A stretch of DNA of 64,000 nt, taken from contig NC_043003.1 of assembly GCF_006345805.1 (NCBI RefSeq), positions 110,422,001-110,486,000 on the forward strand, written 5' to 3'. Numbering within the stretch: position 1 is the first letter of the stretch; every line of letters begins with the position of its first letter. This DNA is from Octopus sinensis. Its lineage: Eukaryota. Both the position numbers and the translations under genes were made by a program. Below the pieces are notes generated by a model. That model was not told the DNA's origin. It did not search any database and worked only from the letters and a program-made list of their open reading frames with translations. Positions 42,790 to 56,445 of this stretch are shown here, piece after piece.

Positions 42790-42990
42790 AAGGCGACGAG
42801 ATGGCAGAAACGTTAGCACTACAGGCGAAATGTTTAGCGGCATTTTGTCTGCCTTTACGTTCTGAGTTCAAATTCCACCGTGGTCGACTTTGCTTTTCGT
42901 GGTCGATAAATGAAGTACAAGCTGTATAGTGAGGTCGGTCTAATCGACTGGACCCCTCCGCCAAAACTTGTTCCTAGAGTAGAAAAGAAC
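42790..42990 (+). mobile_element. SINE family A
   Basis: AGGCGACGAGATGGCAGAAACGTTAGC..GAGTTCAAATTCCACC. Confidence 0.85.
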
Positions 42991-43272
42991 TTCATATTTA
43001 TTTCCGAAACTCTTTTTCTAGGCTTATTATCTCTCACGGGAGATATGGATATCGGTTTTTTGCTAAATATTACCTTAATACTTATTTTCTCATGATATTT
43101 TGTCAGGTATATTTAGCACTTTAATTTGTTGGCAGCAAGACACAGTAGAGACATGTTTTACACTTCATATTGCAATAGTGTCAGACAGAATTATACTCGG
43201 CCGTGTTTACATTTAAATCCCATCAAATTATACTTCCTTGAGAGATTGTTATATGAAGTTATACATAGTCAT

Positions 43273-43372
<100 letters not shown>

Positions 43373-44131
43373 GGGGGATATATGGATATAACAACTTAAT
43401 TATTCAGGCGTTAGCATTGGCTGTGAAAAGTACGCCTACAATCATATCTACATGATATGTCGTTTCGAATCCGTCTAGCAGCCTTCGTTTTATTTTCTAT
43501 GCAAAAGGGTTTTCGACCCAATAATTACATATATTATTAGTAGCTTCGATATATATATTCTGAGTATTCCAAACGAATCTTATTGTAATTCTTTTTATTG
43601 TGCTTTGTACACCCTGATGATTTTCCATACGAGGTATTTAAAACGCAAAATTATATATTTATATATGTCTTGTAATTTCAAGCTTCTTTGTGAAATGAAA
43701 TAATTGTAAGTGAAAATGTTAAATAATTAATTGATTTGTATCCATTAGATCTCTCTGTTTTCGAACTCGATAATAATGTCTGATATTTTACGATATTTTA
43801 TATGATATATTCATTGATATATCAAACCAGAGTATCTTGGAAAAAGTATCCCAAGAAGTTTAAATATCCTCATCGTGACTATACATACACACACACTCAC
43901 ACACACACACATACACACATACACACACATATATATTGATGTATAATTACAGACACAAACAGAGGATTCTGGTCATTCAGACAGTTTGTTTGCAAATATG
44001 ACAGTTACACATTATTTCTTGAGTCACTGTTCTTTCCTCTATACACGATTGTATCTATCCGTATATACATACGAACATATCATCGTATCTATGTTTGTAT
44101 AAATAAGTGTATATAAATGTATGTACGAATG

Positions 44132-44207
<76 letters not shown>

Positions 44208-44211
44208 TATC

Positions 44212-45020
44212 TTAGAAAGAATGAGGTAACTAATCTAGGGCTGTAAGGAATTTTCAGGACATTTATAATGAGATACTTTTACGGCTGTTTCTCTGGAGTA
44301 TTACGTATATCCCTTCATCAGATAGGGTGTGAGAAAATATTTCAGTTCGAAATATTGTGGAAAAGGAGGGGATAAGGAATACAGAGAGAAATAAGAGAAT
44401 GAAAGTAGAAATAAGATATATAAAGATATTATAGTTGCTGTTCCATTATTCGAGGAAAATGGTGTATAGAAGTGGTAATTTCCAATAGCATTTCATGTTT
44501 AGTCATTTCAAAGTATAGAACCGTGGAATCAAAGTTACTCGTTCGAAAGTGTTATGCGATATGAACGAAAATTTGAGAATGTATTGGCAGTATTTGTGGA
44601 TAGATGGTGGGAGGAGACAGTGTGTAATTAGGAAGAAGTGACAGATCAAATTCAAACCATTTCGAACGAGCAACATGGATTCAACGGCGTCATACTTTGA
44701 AATGAATAAATATGAACTGCGACTGGAACTTACATACCATGTACAGGAAATTTGTTTACCACATTTACATACCATTTTCCTCGAGTAATGGAATGGCAAC
44801 AACAATATCTTTATATATCTTATTTCTACGTTCATTCTTTTATTTCTCTCTATATTACCTATCTCCTCCTTTTCCACAATAATTCGATCTCAAATATTTC
44901 CTCACTCCGTCTCCGATGGAGAGATATCCATAATATTCCAGAAACGGCTGTAAGACTATTTCATTATAAATGTCCTGAAAATTCCTCACTGCCTAGGATT
45001 AGTTATCTCATTCTGTCTAA
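44212..45020. mobile_element. fold-back element with about 270-bp inverted arms carrying hammerhead motifs (Penelope pLTR-like)
   Basis: Left arm about 44212-44483 and right arm about 44746-45020 are diverged reverse complements; the arms combine to a consensus CTGATGA-A-GGGATAT..ATATTCC-A-GAAA-CAGCTG-TA; flanked by (TA)n. Confidence 0.8.
44276..44325 (-). ncRNA. minimal type-I hammerhead ribozyme motif (partly decayed)
   Basis: CUGAUGA (44321-44315), stem II GGGAUAU../..AUACUCC, GAAA, CAGCCG, UA; the counterpart at 44909-44956 (+) has an intact stem I GUCU/AGAC but a mutated core CCGAUGG. Confidence 0.6.
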
Positions 45021-45038
45021 CATATATATATATATATA

Positions 45039-45122
<84 letters not shown>

Positions 45123-45777
45123 GTATAGTCCATTAAAATACAGAAAAGAACAGAAAAATCGGCAACAACCACATGCGGTTACATTTCTGAAGTGACCGGG
45201 AGTAGGACGAGTGACGAGTAAGTGCTCTGTGACAGCACATAGACATATATATTTGTGTCTGTGTGTGCGTGTGCCTGCGTGTATATATATATATATATTC
45301 GCGATAAATATTCCACGCTGTTACACACGAAACCCTGCAGCGATTATCAACACTATATCCATACATAAGTTACCTTAAATGAGATAACTGCATATACTAC
45401 CTGAAATTTCGATTTGAGTGGATTGATCGCAGAGAAGGAATAATAAAACCAAAGACTGGAATTTAAGGTAATATCTTTCTTTTGTTGTAAAATTTTTATA
45501 TGTCATTATTTGAAATAACTTTCATGATTAAAATTATTAATATTACGATTAAAATAGTAAAGTCATAATAATAAATAAATGATACACACATTTTACTGTG
45601 TACACTCTGTGCATTTATTCAAAATTTAGCTTCAATAACAATACGTTAAACACTGTGTTTATTGAATGATTACCATGGCGTCCGAAATGTTAAACGTATT
45701 ATTGTTGAGATTTAAATGAAGATATGCTCATGACTTATTCTGAAGAAATGCATGTAGATTACATCAAAGAAAAAGTA

Positions 45778-46948
45778 CATTGCGTCCCACGTTTTTAGGC
45801 AAATCAATCTGTATATTGATTCAAAACCAGTTTTTTTTCTCACTGACTGTTGGCACTACCTCGCTGCCCCATTCTGTTAAAATAAATCTGCGCAGACGTA
45901 AATAAACGGCCGCCAACATCGAGTGGTAGCAACATTTCTGATTATTAGACAGGTGCCCACTTTAAGTGTCATTATGGGTCAGAAACGTGATCTTACATCG
46001 AATGAGAAGTCTATCATCGTGTCAGAGCTTAGAAAATGTAAAACGACCAAAGAAATATCAAAAATACTGGGAAGAGATCACCGAACAGTGAAGATATTTG
46101 TGCACTCTCCTATTTCTGTCCAGTTGAGAGCTGATAAGGCTAGTCGAGGTATGATGGTCAAGACATGGAAAGTTCCAAATGGCATTAAGAGGACGTCGTA
46201 AATATATATTACCTATTACACTCTCAAAGGAAAATTTCCAACAGTGGTTCAAAAACCAAAAAAACTTTCATTCAAGAGAAAGCTGGTTTTCATGCAAGAT
46301 AATTCCCCGTCTCATGCAGTAAAGAATTCTAAGGAATACCTGCAGCAAATAAGGCTTCTCTGGAGGTCGTTTGATGGAGTTGTCACCTTGCTTCCCTGAC
46401 GTAAACCCAAGCAAGAACCGTTGGAATGTCCTGACGAGTCGTTATTAACAAAATGGACGGCAGTTTTCAAGTAAAGTTGCCCTCTGGGATGCTATTGTAG
46501 ATGCTGCTCTAAACATGACACAACAAGATATCATCACCTTGACAAATTCAACGGATCAGTGCATAAAGAATGTTTTTGTGAAGGACCATCATAAAACAGT
46601 AGGAACTGTATGATGTCATAATCCCCCGATACGAACTTATTATTATGTTTACCATTAAGGCCTTTGTGCATATTTTTAAAAAACTTTTACTATTGAATAA
46701 ATAAACCTTTGTTCTGACACGATTATCATGTTTATTATACGTGCCTAATAATTTGTGACGGTGGAAATGTTGCCCCATATCAAAAATGGCTGCCATTTAT
46801 TGGCGTCTTTGCAGATCCGTTTTATTTCAACAGAATGTGCGCAGATAGGTGTTGCCAACAGTCAGTGGATAAACAACTGGTTCTTAACGAACATACATAT
46901 ATTCATTGAGAGAAGGTTGATTTGCCTAATAATGTGGGACGCAGTTTG
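45778..46948 (+). mobile_element. Tc1-like element with long TIRs, internally deleted
   Basis: TA flanks; about 150-bp imperfect TIRs (TGCGTCCCAC..TAGGCAAATCAA..CACTGACTGTTGGCA); MGQKRDLTSNEKSII..EISKILGRDHRTVK, FMQDNSPSHA, PCFPDVNP. Confidence 0.88.
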
Positions 46949-46999
46949 TATTTAATAATAGTAATTATGAATGTAGAAGTTGATGATAATGCACAATCA

Positions 47000-47115
47000 C
47001 TAGTCCGTCGGACAAGGTACTTAACATTTCTTCCGGCTTCAAGCACTGAGTTGAAATTCCGCTGAGGTCGCAGTTGCTTTTTATACTCAATAAGAGTAAA
47101 TGAAATTCATACCAG
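47000..47115 (+). mobile_element. SINE family A fragment
   Basis: CTGAGTTGAAATTCCGCTGAGGTCG. Confidence 0.55.
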
Positions 47116-47237
47116 AAGTTTTGATTTTGTTGATTTGTGGAACAAAGACACGTGGTTTGCATAACGTCATTTCAAAACGCCTTTGCATAATCCGATGTAA
47201 CTTTTCTTTATTTCTCTCCTTTTCGATTAGGTTACCC

Positions 47238-47275
<38 letters not shown>

Positions 47276-47490
47276 TACATACACATACATACACACAGCT
47301 CTGTGTGTGTGTGAAGAACTATCAAAATTATAGTGAAGTTTATTTCGACGACCAGAGTAAGACATATCAATATACTTATATGCCTGTATGTTTTACTTGG
47401 AGAATGATTCATTATATATATTTTTGTAACATATTCACAAAATAAACAACAATAAACATTTTGTGTTGAATGAATTAATAAAATTCTTAC

Positions 47491-47656
47491 CTGAAGTCTA
47501 CAAGTTCAATACTTTCAGTGCATGAAGTGTCATCTCCTAATGAATGAAGTCGAAGGTAAATTCGCTGACCAGATGGAGAATCAACTTGCCATATACTCGT
47601 CGCTGCACTTAAGTCAGATATCATAGATGTAGAATCGCCATCCGACGTAATGGTGC
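47491..47656 (-). CDS. internal coding exon, first half of a CUB-like domain
   Basis: Acceptor TTTTTTTTTACACTTCTAG and donor CAG|GTAAGA; 166 bp, phase 1 to phase 2; GTITSDG..ATSIWQVDSPSGQRIYLRLHSLGDDTSCTESIELVDF fits the CUB pattern G.I.S..W.I..P.G.RI.L...C..IE..D. Confidence 0.72.
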
Positions 47657-50261
47657 CTAGAAGTGTAAAAAAAAACCACATTAATTGCTACATTGACAGG
47701 CACTAATTAAACACAAATATATCTTTTATTAATAATATATGATATGTGCTTCTATTACATACTTGTATATCAAGTGAATTAAATAGTAGAGATTATAAAT
47801 GTCTGTATTGCTGGAGCAAATTGCGAGGACACTTAGAAACATAAGTGAATCAGTTATGAAACTTATTTTCATATGCTTTTGTGTAGGGGAAAGTGATTAA
47901 GACCAGATATAAAGATATGCGGAACATTGTACGGAAACCCGTCTGGTCAAGACTAACTTGGACAAGCTCTTCAAGAGACGCAGAAAGATAAATTTAGCTA
48001 TCAAATATATTATCAAGGACGGGAACAGTATACTTTGATTGCTGTACTATGGTTGGTATTGCGATTCTATGTGACTAAAATATCGCAAAGAAGGAGATTG
48101 ACAACGATAACAGAATATTGGAATTACGGTATTCGAGATGTTGAGTATGATAGACAAAACAGTGCTACAAAGAATAGGAGCACTAGCTGTGATGAAAAAA
48201 CGAATAGTGGAACATAGAAGGGCTCGCACTTATTCACGGAGTAAAACAATGCATTATGTTGGGGAGCAGACATTACATCTGGCGGAAAATATTTATATTT
48301 CAATGGTAGAATTCAAATAGTTTCACTTTTCATAATATTTGCTTTATACATGCATCGTTTACTAATTAACACAAGTCTCACAACACATACGCTAAAGATA
48401 AGCCGCTCAATATTAAAACAATATATGCCATACATGCTATGCACAATCATTGCACATGTAAACTTAAGTAACCGATATTTAATAAAAAAGCACATCACTC
48501 ACATCGCCTATAACAAGTAGATCTCGTATTCTATACAATTCCCCTCACTGCTTTATATTATAATCTTCGAATGGAATCAGTTCCGATGTCAATCATAATA
48601 TGACACAAATACAGCTAAAAGAACACTACAATGCACATTTCTTACGCAGTAATGTAATATACATCATTGAATTTATCTCAAACAATACTCTGACGCAAAA
48701 TAAAAGTTACAATAGAACCAATTAAATAAATCCCTTAACTAAATGGCGTATAGTTCACACACGAAATCATACACGAAAAAATACAAATTCTGCACATATC
48801 TGAAGAAGACAATCGTGTCCCTGGTTGTACAGTAGAGAATAGTAGGTACGTTTTGAATATATGATGAGAATTATTATACTAATAATGACTCCATTAGTAT
48901 GCATTGGGGTGGGGTGATTTGAAGAAAAAATAAAATTAACACAAAGAGCAATGACCGTGTCAAGTTTGTCATCGTTGTAGATTCGGAATTTTGGCAAATA
49001 TGTAAGCCACAAATCTAAGGTCGCTATCTCACCAGCAGAATTCCGGAGGCAACTGGGAAGACCTTCGGCTGTAGATGGATCTCTTTATCGCGAAAAAGTT
49101 TCACTTTCACGTGAAGGGAAAGGATATATACCTGTAACTGGACAGAGAAGCTTTGAGGGAGAGAAAGCATTACGATCAGTTACTAGTATACTACTGAAAC
49201 TATGAAAATTATTCAAAGAGAGCTCCCTCTAAGGTTATTAATTCTTACGATTTCTTGACTGCATTCTTCACAATATTTGTGAAAAGAAATTATTTCGTAC
49301 AGAAGATCTCTGGTGCGAAGCAGACTAGGAGTCGTTCAGTTTACCCACAGAATCCTTCTTTCCACATGAAAGTTACTCACGTGTTCCAAGTTGTAAACGA
49401 CTATTACTCGATATTTTTCTCGAATACTGTCAGCCATTTGGGATATCCTAATTGCCCAACAATATGACGGACATGCGAGGACAAATATATAATTTGTTTT
49501 GACTTTTCCAGGACTTCATGCAATGTCTTCAACCACCGCAGTATCATGGCAGTTCCAAAACTGCTACGATAAATATGTTCCTTGACAAAACACGAGGTTC
49601 GGTGCCAGTTTATGTTTCACACTGAATAGGCTCCAATGTGCATTGCAGCAACTAGTCATCTGTGGACGTGACCATATGTGACTCTGTTTAGGAAAACCAC
49701 TTTGGCGAAGGAGGCATAGTCATCACTGTCGAATATTTTTATATATACGAAAAGGCAACGGAAAGAAGATATATCTCTGACTCACACTACGCTGTATCAC
49801 ATCAGGTGGACGTATCCTTCGAACAATGGAACAAGTATTGTACAAATTTGCATATTTCCGTAGTGTACAGAATAGAAGCTTCCGTGCTAAAATCTCAAAC
49901 ATATTGTATGGTAATGTTATGACTCTAAAAATGTTAATTATGCCCTTTCTTTAATACGAGTTCTTTTTTGGATGCACTGAGGCAGAACGTCTTTCACCCA
50001 GTGTCCATTTTAGCAGGCTGCTCCAAGCCATCTTCTTCATTTGTTCACGCGCTTGACATAGAATGTTTTGAAGAAAGTCGCAATTATTTTGGCATCCACA
50101 GACGTTGACATTTTAAGATTTGAAATTGGTGAATATAAGTATTATAACAAACGAGTCTACATCCACAATGAAATCCTATGTGGTTCGTAATCAGTCAAAA
50201 TGTAAAGACACCACCAGGCGTTGGTGTCTTTACACAACTGTAGCTTCATCAAAAGTGACCG

Positions 50262-50299
<38 letters not shown>

Positions 50300-50739
50300 G
50301 TCTCTGTTTACTTAGTAAAGAGAGACACATATAAGAAAGAAGAAAACAAAGGACCATTGATGCGGTCACAGGAGTGTGACGAAAGAACTCTGGCCGAAAT
50401 AAGATTAAAATAATGTAAAATATATATATATATATATGCACACACACACACATATATATCTATACATACACACACACATACATTCATATGCACATATATA
50501 CGTGTGTGGAAGGATTAGTCTGGATTCGACCTTTAATTGGAGTGGCTTCCAAAAACATTTCTAACGTTGATTCTTCATACTTTGCTGAGAGTTTCCTGGA
50601 GTAAATTGGCGAAGATACGAAAAGTAGTAATAGCATATTAAGTATATAACTAATTTATGGAATGAAGTTCTACAAATCCAATCATAATTGTCAAAAATGG
50701 AGGAGATAAGATGTTAAAATGTTGTGAGAAGTTTATACA

Positions 50740-50809
50740 CGCATACAATCGTTTCGTAGATATATATTCATTTTAGAACTTTGCAAATATCATAGTACTC
50801 ATCAGTGCA
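50740..50809 (-). ncRNA. minimal type-I hammerhead ribozyme, intact core
   Basis: UGCA-CUGAUGA-GUA..UAC-GAAA-CGAUUG-UA-UGCG: stem I of 4 bp, stem II of 3 bp with a long loop, near-palindromic stem III, GUA cleavage triplet. Confidence 0.72.
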
Positions 50810-51486
50810 GAGAAAAAATAATATGAACTTTAAAAGAACAAAGGCGTTGGATCTATGAGTTTCTTGTTTATCTGTCCCTATCTATGTGATGGGAGTCATG
50901 TCAATTATTAAACCACAACTAACAGATGAATGATTGGGGGGTGATATAAATACAGAGTTATCGATAACTCTCAATGTATGGATTAGTATAGATTTCCTAA
51001 TTAAATGTCCATATAGGCAGCATAGGGTGAGTTAGTTAGAGCAATGCCCAATGAGAAAACGTTAAAAATAATAAATACATTAGAACTGGATTTTCAGTCG
51101 TTTTAGGATAATATCTGCATTTAATAATAAGAAATTAGATCAACTTTATGAAAACACAATTACTAAACCTGAATCTAGAACATTCAATAATATTAATAAA
51201 TAACGTATAATCATACAATTAACAATATCAATAATAATAATATAATAATATCCAATTCAACAACACGTATATATGACAATTCTGCACCACCGACCAATAC
51301 AAGTTGAAATTGTAAAGACCTTAATGCTTGTAAATTAGAAAGAAATTGTAAAAAGAATTACGTTGTATTTCTTTTTACAATTATAACGCAGGACTCATCA
51401 ATATATATATGTATATTCATATATATATATATATCAGTTGCATTTAAAACTGGGTTATAAACACACACACACACACACACACACAC

Positions 51487-51517
<31 letters not shown>

Positions 51518-51519
51518 TA

Positions 51520-51599
<80 letters not shown>

Positions 51600-51978
51600 A
51601 TATATATACATATACTGAAATGTTTATAAAATTATTTTAGCATTTTCTATTTTGACTTATTTTTTCATATATATATATATATATATATAATATATATATA
51701 TATATTATATATATATATATACATATATCCTGTTGTGTCTGGGGAGAGTAATTTTCTTTTTGTGCCTTATAATGTAACACATTCACCGGTAAAGTTTCCA
51801 CTTATTATTTTAATTTTACTAAAATTTTCGTTGCGTCTTGCAAACTTTTCAATAGTCTTGAGTACATACGAACTCATATAATAGTCTTGACAACGCACGA
51901 ACTCATATAAAGAATCTTGCAAACCAAATTAAAAATCAATATATGTATATATATATAAATATTATTTTTTTTCTTGTT

Positions 51979-52039
<61 letters not shown>

Positions 52040-52169
52040 TACTCTTTACTCTTTTACTAGTTTCAGTCATTTGACTGCGGCAATGCTGGAGCACCACCTT
52101 CAGTCGATCAAATCGTCATCGGGACTTATTCTTTGTAAGCCCAGTACATATTCTATCGGTCTCTTTTGG
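52040..52169 (-). mobile_element. SINE family B 3' fragment
   Basis: TTTCAGTCATTTGACTGCGGCAATGCTGGAGCACC matches 8586-8615. Confidence 0.7.
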
Positions 52170-52188
52170 CATATATATATATATATAT

Positions 52189-52232
<44 letters not shown>

Positions 52233-52696
52233 ATATATATATATATAATATTCTCCCTTATTACCCAACATAGAAACTTCTATGACCATTGTATTACTAT
52301 AGCATATATTCCCTTTAATTACTTAATTTTAATATTTCCGAAATGATAACTGAAGGACCTTCTATATATAGGATCATTATTCTGATTGGAGATATTCTCT
52401 ATACCTATGTATTTGTATTTAATTATACATATATATTTCTACTTATGTTTATTCTCTTCTATACGTATGTATATGTACTCCCATTGTTATCTCCCAACAT
52501 ATCTACTTCACTAAATACTTGCATATGTTATTAGTCATTCTAACCTACAATTAAGTATATATTTAATGATGGTTTATATACACATGTATGTTATAGTCGG
52601 GCTGTGCGTGATCTGATATGTCTGCATATCTATGTATGCCTCTATGTCTATCTATGTGTGCATGTATGCGATTTTATGTATATATGTGTATATGTG

Positions 52697-52735
<39 letters not shown>

Positions 52736-54001
52736 TATATGTGTGTGTGTGTATATATATAAATATGTGTATATATCCGTGTATATATAAAAACATATAC
52801 GTTTTTATTTACATATTTATCGATGTATTTGCTCACGTATAAGCATGTGTGTCTAACGTATATGTATATATATGTGTGTACCAATATGCTTATATGTGTA
52901 TGTATGCATCTATATACCTATGTGATTGCATATACATATTCTACTCTATATATGATAAGCATATATCCTATACGTTTGTAAATGTATACGTACCGCTATG
53001 TGTATCTATCTACTCGTAGGTCATAACAATATTTATATTTTAATACATATACATGCACTGAATCTACATATCGTGTATATTTTTTCATTACGATCATATA
53101 TAGACATATCCTATCAATCTTACATAATACTTAGCAAGAATAATACTTTTGACAACTTATTATATATATATATATATATATACAAAACATTCCTTTTGTA
53201 TAACATTATCCTACATACACAATACCTTTATCATTAATACCTCATTCTTTTATTTTTCGCATTCAGTTGTCTCATTACATCCCATACTTGATCATTATTA
53301 TGTTTCTTCTTATTTATCTCTCCTACACTAGTATAATTTCGTTTTCTTTTCACTCCCTCTAATTTATTACATTATTGCTTCAAATTTTATCTTCTTACCA
53401 CATCCCCTAAAGTATTCTCTTATCTCTCTTATGAATAACAGACTTCGTAAGTATAATACAACTTTAATCGTCATATTTGCATTGGAATTACCACTTTTCC
53501 TCATTTTCTCCTTCATTTTACTTCCATGCTATCTTAAAAGCAACCTTGAGTGAACCAGATTCCTTTTTAAATATTCCTATATTTTCATAAATGACTATAT
53601 TAACTTTCTAGTATAAGCTTTACAAACATATTATTTTTACGCTAAACATTCTTCTTCTTTCATAAGAACAAACACCAAGTATTGCTTTCAACGGTTAGAT
53701 TTAACTTACATTAGGTTAGGCTTTCTCATTGGACATTTCTCCAACTAAATCACCCGATGCTGCATATATGGAGATTTAATTAGCAAATATATACTTACCT
53801 ACAGAGAGAGGGAGAGAGAGAGAGAGAGAGTTGTCGATATCTTTATATTTATATCATCCCCAAACTGTTCAACCGTTAGTTGTGGTTTAATAATTGATAT
53901 GACTCCCATCAATATCACTATCACTAGACAGGAACAGATAAAAATGAAACTCAGAGATCCAAATTCTCTACTCTATTTCTAAGTTCCTATTATCTTTTCT
54001 C

Positions 54002-54075
54002 TGAACTGATGAGTAATGGGATATTTGCAAGATTCTAAAATGAATGTATATCTATGTACGAAACGGTTGTATACA
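54002..54075 (+). ncRNA. hammerhead motif in the 3' pLTR (stem I mismatched)
   Basis: CUGAUGA (54006-54012), GUA..UAC, GAAA (54060-54063), CGGUUG, UA. Confidence 0.6.
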
Positions 54076-54178
54076 TTAATAAATTTCTTACAACTTTTTA
54101 AACATCTTATCTCGTTCATTTTTGACAAATATGATTGGATTTGAAGAATATTCCATAACTTAATAATATACTTAATAT

Positions 54179-54255
<77 letters not shown>

Positions 54256-54513
54256 GAAATATGTTACGAAAAGAAAATATAAAATACACGTGAAAAAGTA
54301 TGGGTAAAATATGAAAAATCAACGAAAATGCATATTGCAAATAGAAGAAGGCTATCTATGACAGGTAGTGACAAATATACACATTTAGATTGACTGAGGT
54401 AGTAATATGAGTCATAAAGGTCATTATTAAGAGATGATTATAAGATGATAATAAAGTAAGAGAACAAAACGAACCAATGGTTTACGCGAATGCTATTCAT
54501 CATATATATATAA

Positions 54514-54592
<79 letters not shown>

Positions 54593-54775
54593 GTATATAT
54601 GTATGTATATATGGGTATGTATTTAAATTTAATTCGGGGATATGTCAGCCTAGTGAAGGGATGGTTTCACCAAAGGAAATACTGATTGAATACGTAGGAT
54701 TTTGGAGGAATGAAATTGCCTTAAAGCGATAGGTATATATTAAGCATATAACATATCCATTTAAAAGGAGAACGG

Positions 54776-55033
54776 AAAATGGAGATAAGTCAGTTAATAA
54801 TTGTTTATTAGTAACAAACTGGTCTTTCATCGCTTCGTAAAGCAGTTTCAATTATTACTCAATAATTTAATTACAAATTTGCACATAAAATTTACATTTA
54901 CGTGACATGAGTGTAATTCAACCTGTGAAAAACACAGATATACCGTTGAATGTTATTCAGTATTAATTGAAACGAAGATGCGGAGATGACCAATTTGTTA
55001 ATAATAAACAATTAACTTCCTTATCTCTATTTT
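54776..55033. repeat. degenerate inverted repeat (arms of about 70-80 bp)
   Basis: GAAAATGGAGATAAG..AATTGTTTATTAGTAACAAA versus TTTGTTAATAATAAACAATT..CTTATCTCTATTTTC. Confidence 0.7.
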
Positions 55034-55062
55034 CTTTTCTTAGGTTATATATATATATATAT

Positions 55063-55130
<68 letters not shown>

Positions 55131-55241
55131 GGAATGTATGTAGATGAATGGCTAGCGATATAAATAGATAGATGGGTAGTTAGATAGATAGATTGATAGA
55201 TAGATAGGTAGATATATAGATAGATAGATAGATTGATAGAC

Positions 55242-55273
<32 letters not shown>

Positions 55274-55297
55274 TGATAGACAGATAGATAGATAGAT

Positions 55298-55791
55298 ATG
55301 TTTCTTTATTAGCCACACAGGGCTGCACACAGAACAAATTACAAGGTAGAGCTTTTCTTTTGAAGGTTTAAAAAAAAAAAAAAAAAAAGGAAGGGGGAGT
55401 TTCGATCAAAAGGGATCGTAAAAGGAGAGAAAGAGGACAAAAAAAGGGGGGTTAAAAAAAAAAAAAAAAAAAAGGGGGAGAGGAAAAAAAATTGATCAAT
55501 AGGGATCGTTATCACAGAAATGTCAATATGAAGTGTAAAGGGGAGGACAGGTGAGGTTTACCCGTGGAAAGAAAAGCCTACGGAAAAGACCACGGTAACC
55601 TCGGTCAATGAAGTCACATTTTATATTTCTTTTTTTTTTTTTTGCAAATAAGCAACTCTCTGTTTTCGATTTCTGGGTTCATAGGACTATGCTCAAGGTG
55701 GCTTCGTCATTCATACGTGCCATTCTTGCTACATTCACCCATCTTTTTTTAAAACATTCGCTAGACAAAACTTGCCTCTCTACTCTCACTT
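55298..55791 (-). mobile_element. Tx1-like LINE, short 5'-truncated copy 1
   Basis: ORF2 tail KVRVERQVLSSECFKKRW plus 3'UTR, homologous to 56446-56970; (TAGA)n on both sides. Confidence 0.9.
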
Positions 55792-55827
55792 TAGATAGAT
55801 AGAAGATAGATAGATAGATAGATAGAT

Positions 55828-55989
55828 ATGTTTCTTTATTAGCCACACAGGGCTGCACACAGAGAGAACAAATTACAAGGTAGAGCTTTTCTTTTGAAGG
55901 TTTAAAAAAAAACAATAAATAAAAAAAATAATAAAAAAAAATTAAAATTTAAAAAAAGGGGGGTCGATCAAAAGGGATCGTAAAAGGAG

Positions 55990-55992
<3 letters not shown>
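55828..55992 (-). mobile_element. Tx1-like LINE, 3'UTR-only copy 2
   Basis: Same 3' terminus (..GTGTGGCTAATAAAGAAACAT); (TAGA)n on both sides. Confidence 0.88.
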
Positions 55993-56053
<61 letters not shown>

Positions 56054-56139
56054 GGATGAATAGATAGATAGATAGATAGATTGATAGACAGACAGAGAGA
56101 CAGGCAGATAGATAGATAGATATATAGATAGATAGATAA

Positions 56140-56178
<39 letters not shown>

Positions 56179-56234
56179 CATAGATAGATAGATGGATGGA
56201 TGGATGGATGGATGGATGGATAGATAGATAGATG

Positions 56235-56291
<57 letters not shown>

Positions 56292-56296
56292 TTAGT

Positions 56297-56338
<42 letters not shown>

Positions 56339-56445
56339 CATACATACATACATAGATAGATAGATGGATGGATGGATGGATGGATAGATAGATAGATAGA
56401 TTGATAGACAGACAGACAGACAGATAGATAGATAGATATATAGAT

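Larger units (their letters stand above)
50636..54177 (+). mobile_element. degenerate Penelope-like retroelement with inverted 5' pLTR and 3' pLTR
   Basis: Inverted arms about 50636-51060 and 53721-54177; plus-strand remnants *NCKDLNACKLERNCKKNYVVF (51305-51370, Cys-rich linker) and HICIGITTF (53472-53498, YIG-like); hammerhead core in both arms. Confidence 0.8.

Noticed and set aside
43612-43650. Isolated CTGATGA (similar cases at about 29486, 36982, 42600, and CTGATGC at 58135)
   Set aside because: No correctly placed GAAA/NUH with closing stems.
48767-48860. Possible upstream exon of the CUB-like gene
   Set aside because: Weak splice sites and no phase-1 donor that fits.
48900-50130. Possible decayed transposase (also about 58600-59700)
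   Set aside because: Complex sequence, but no motif I can assign reliably.
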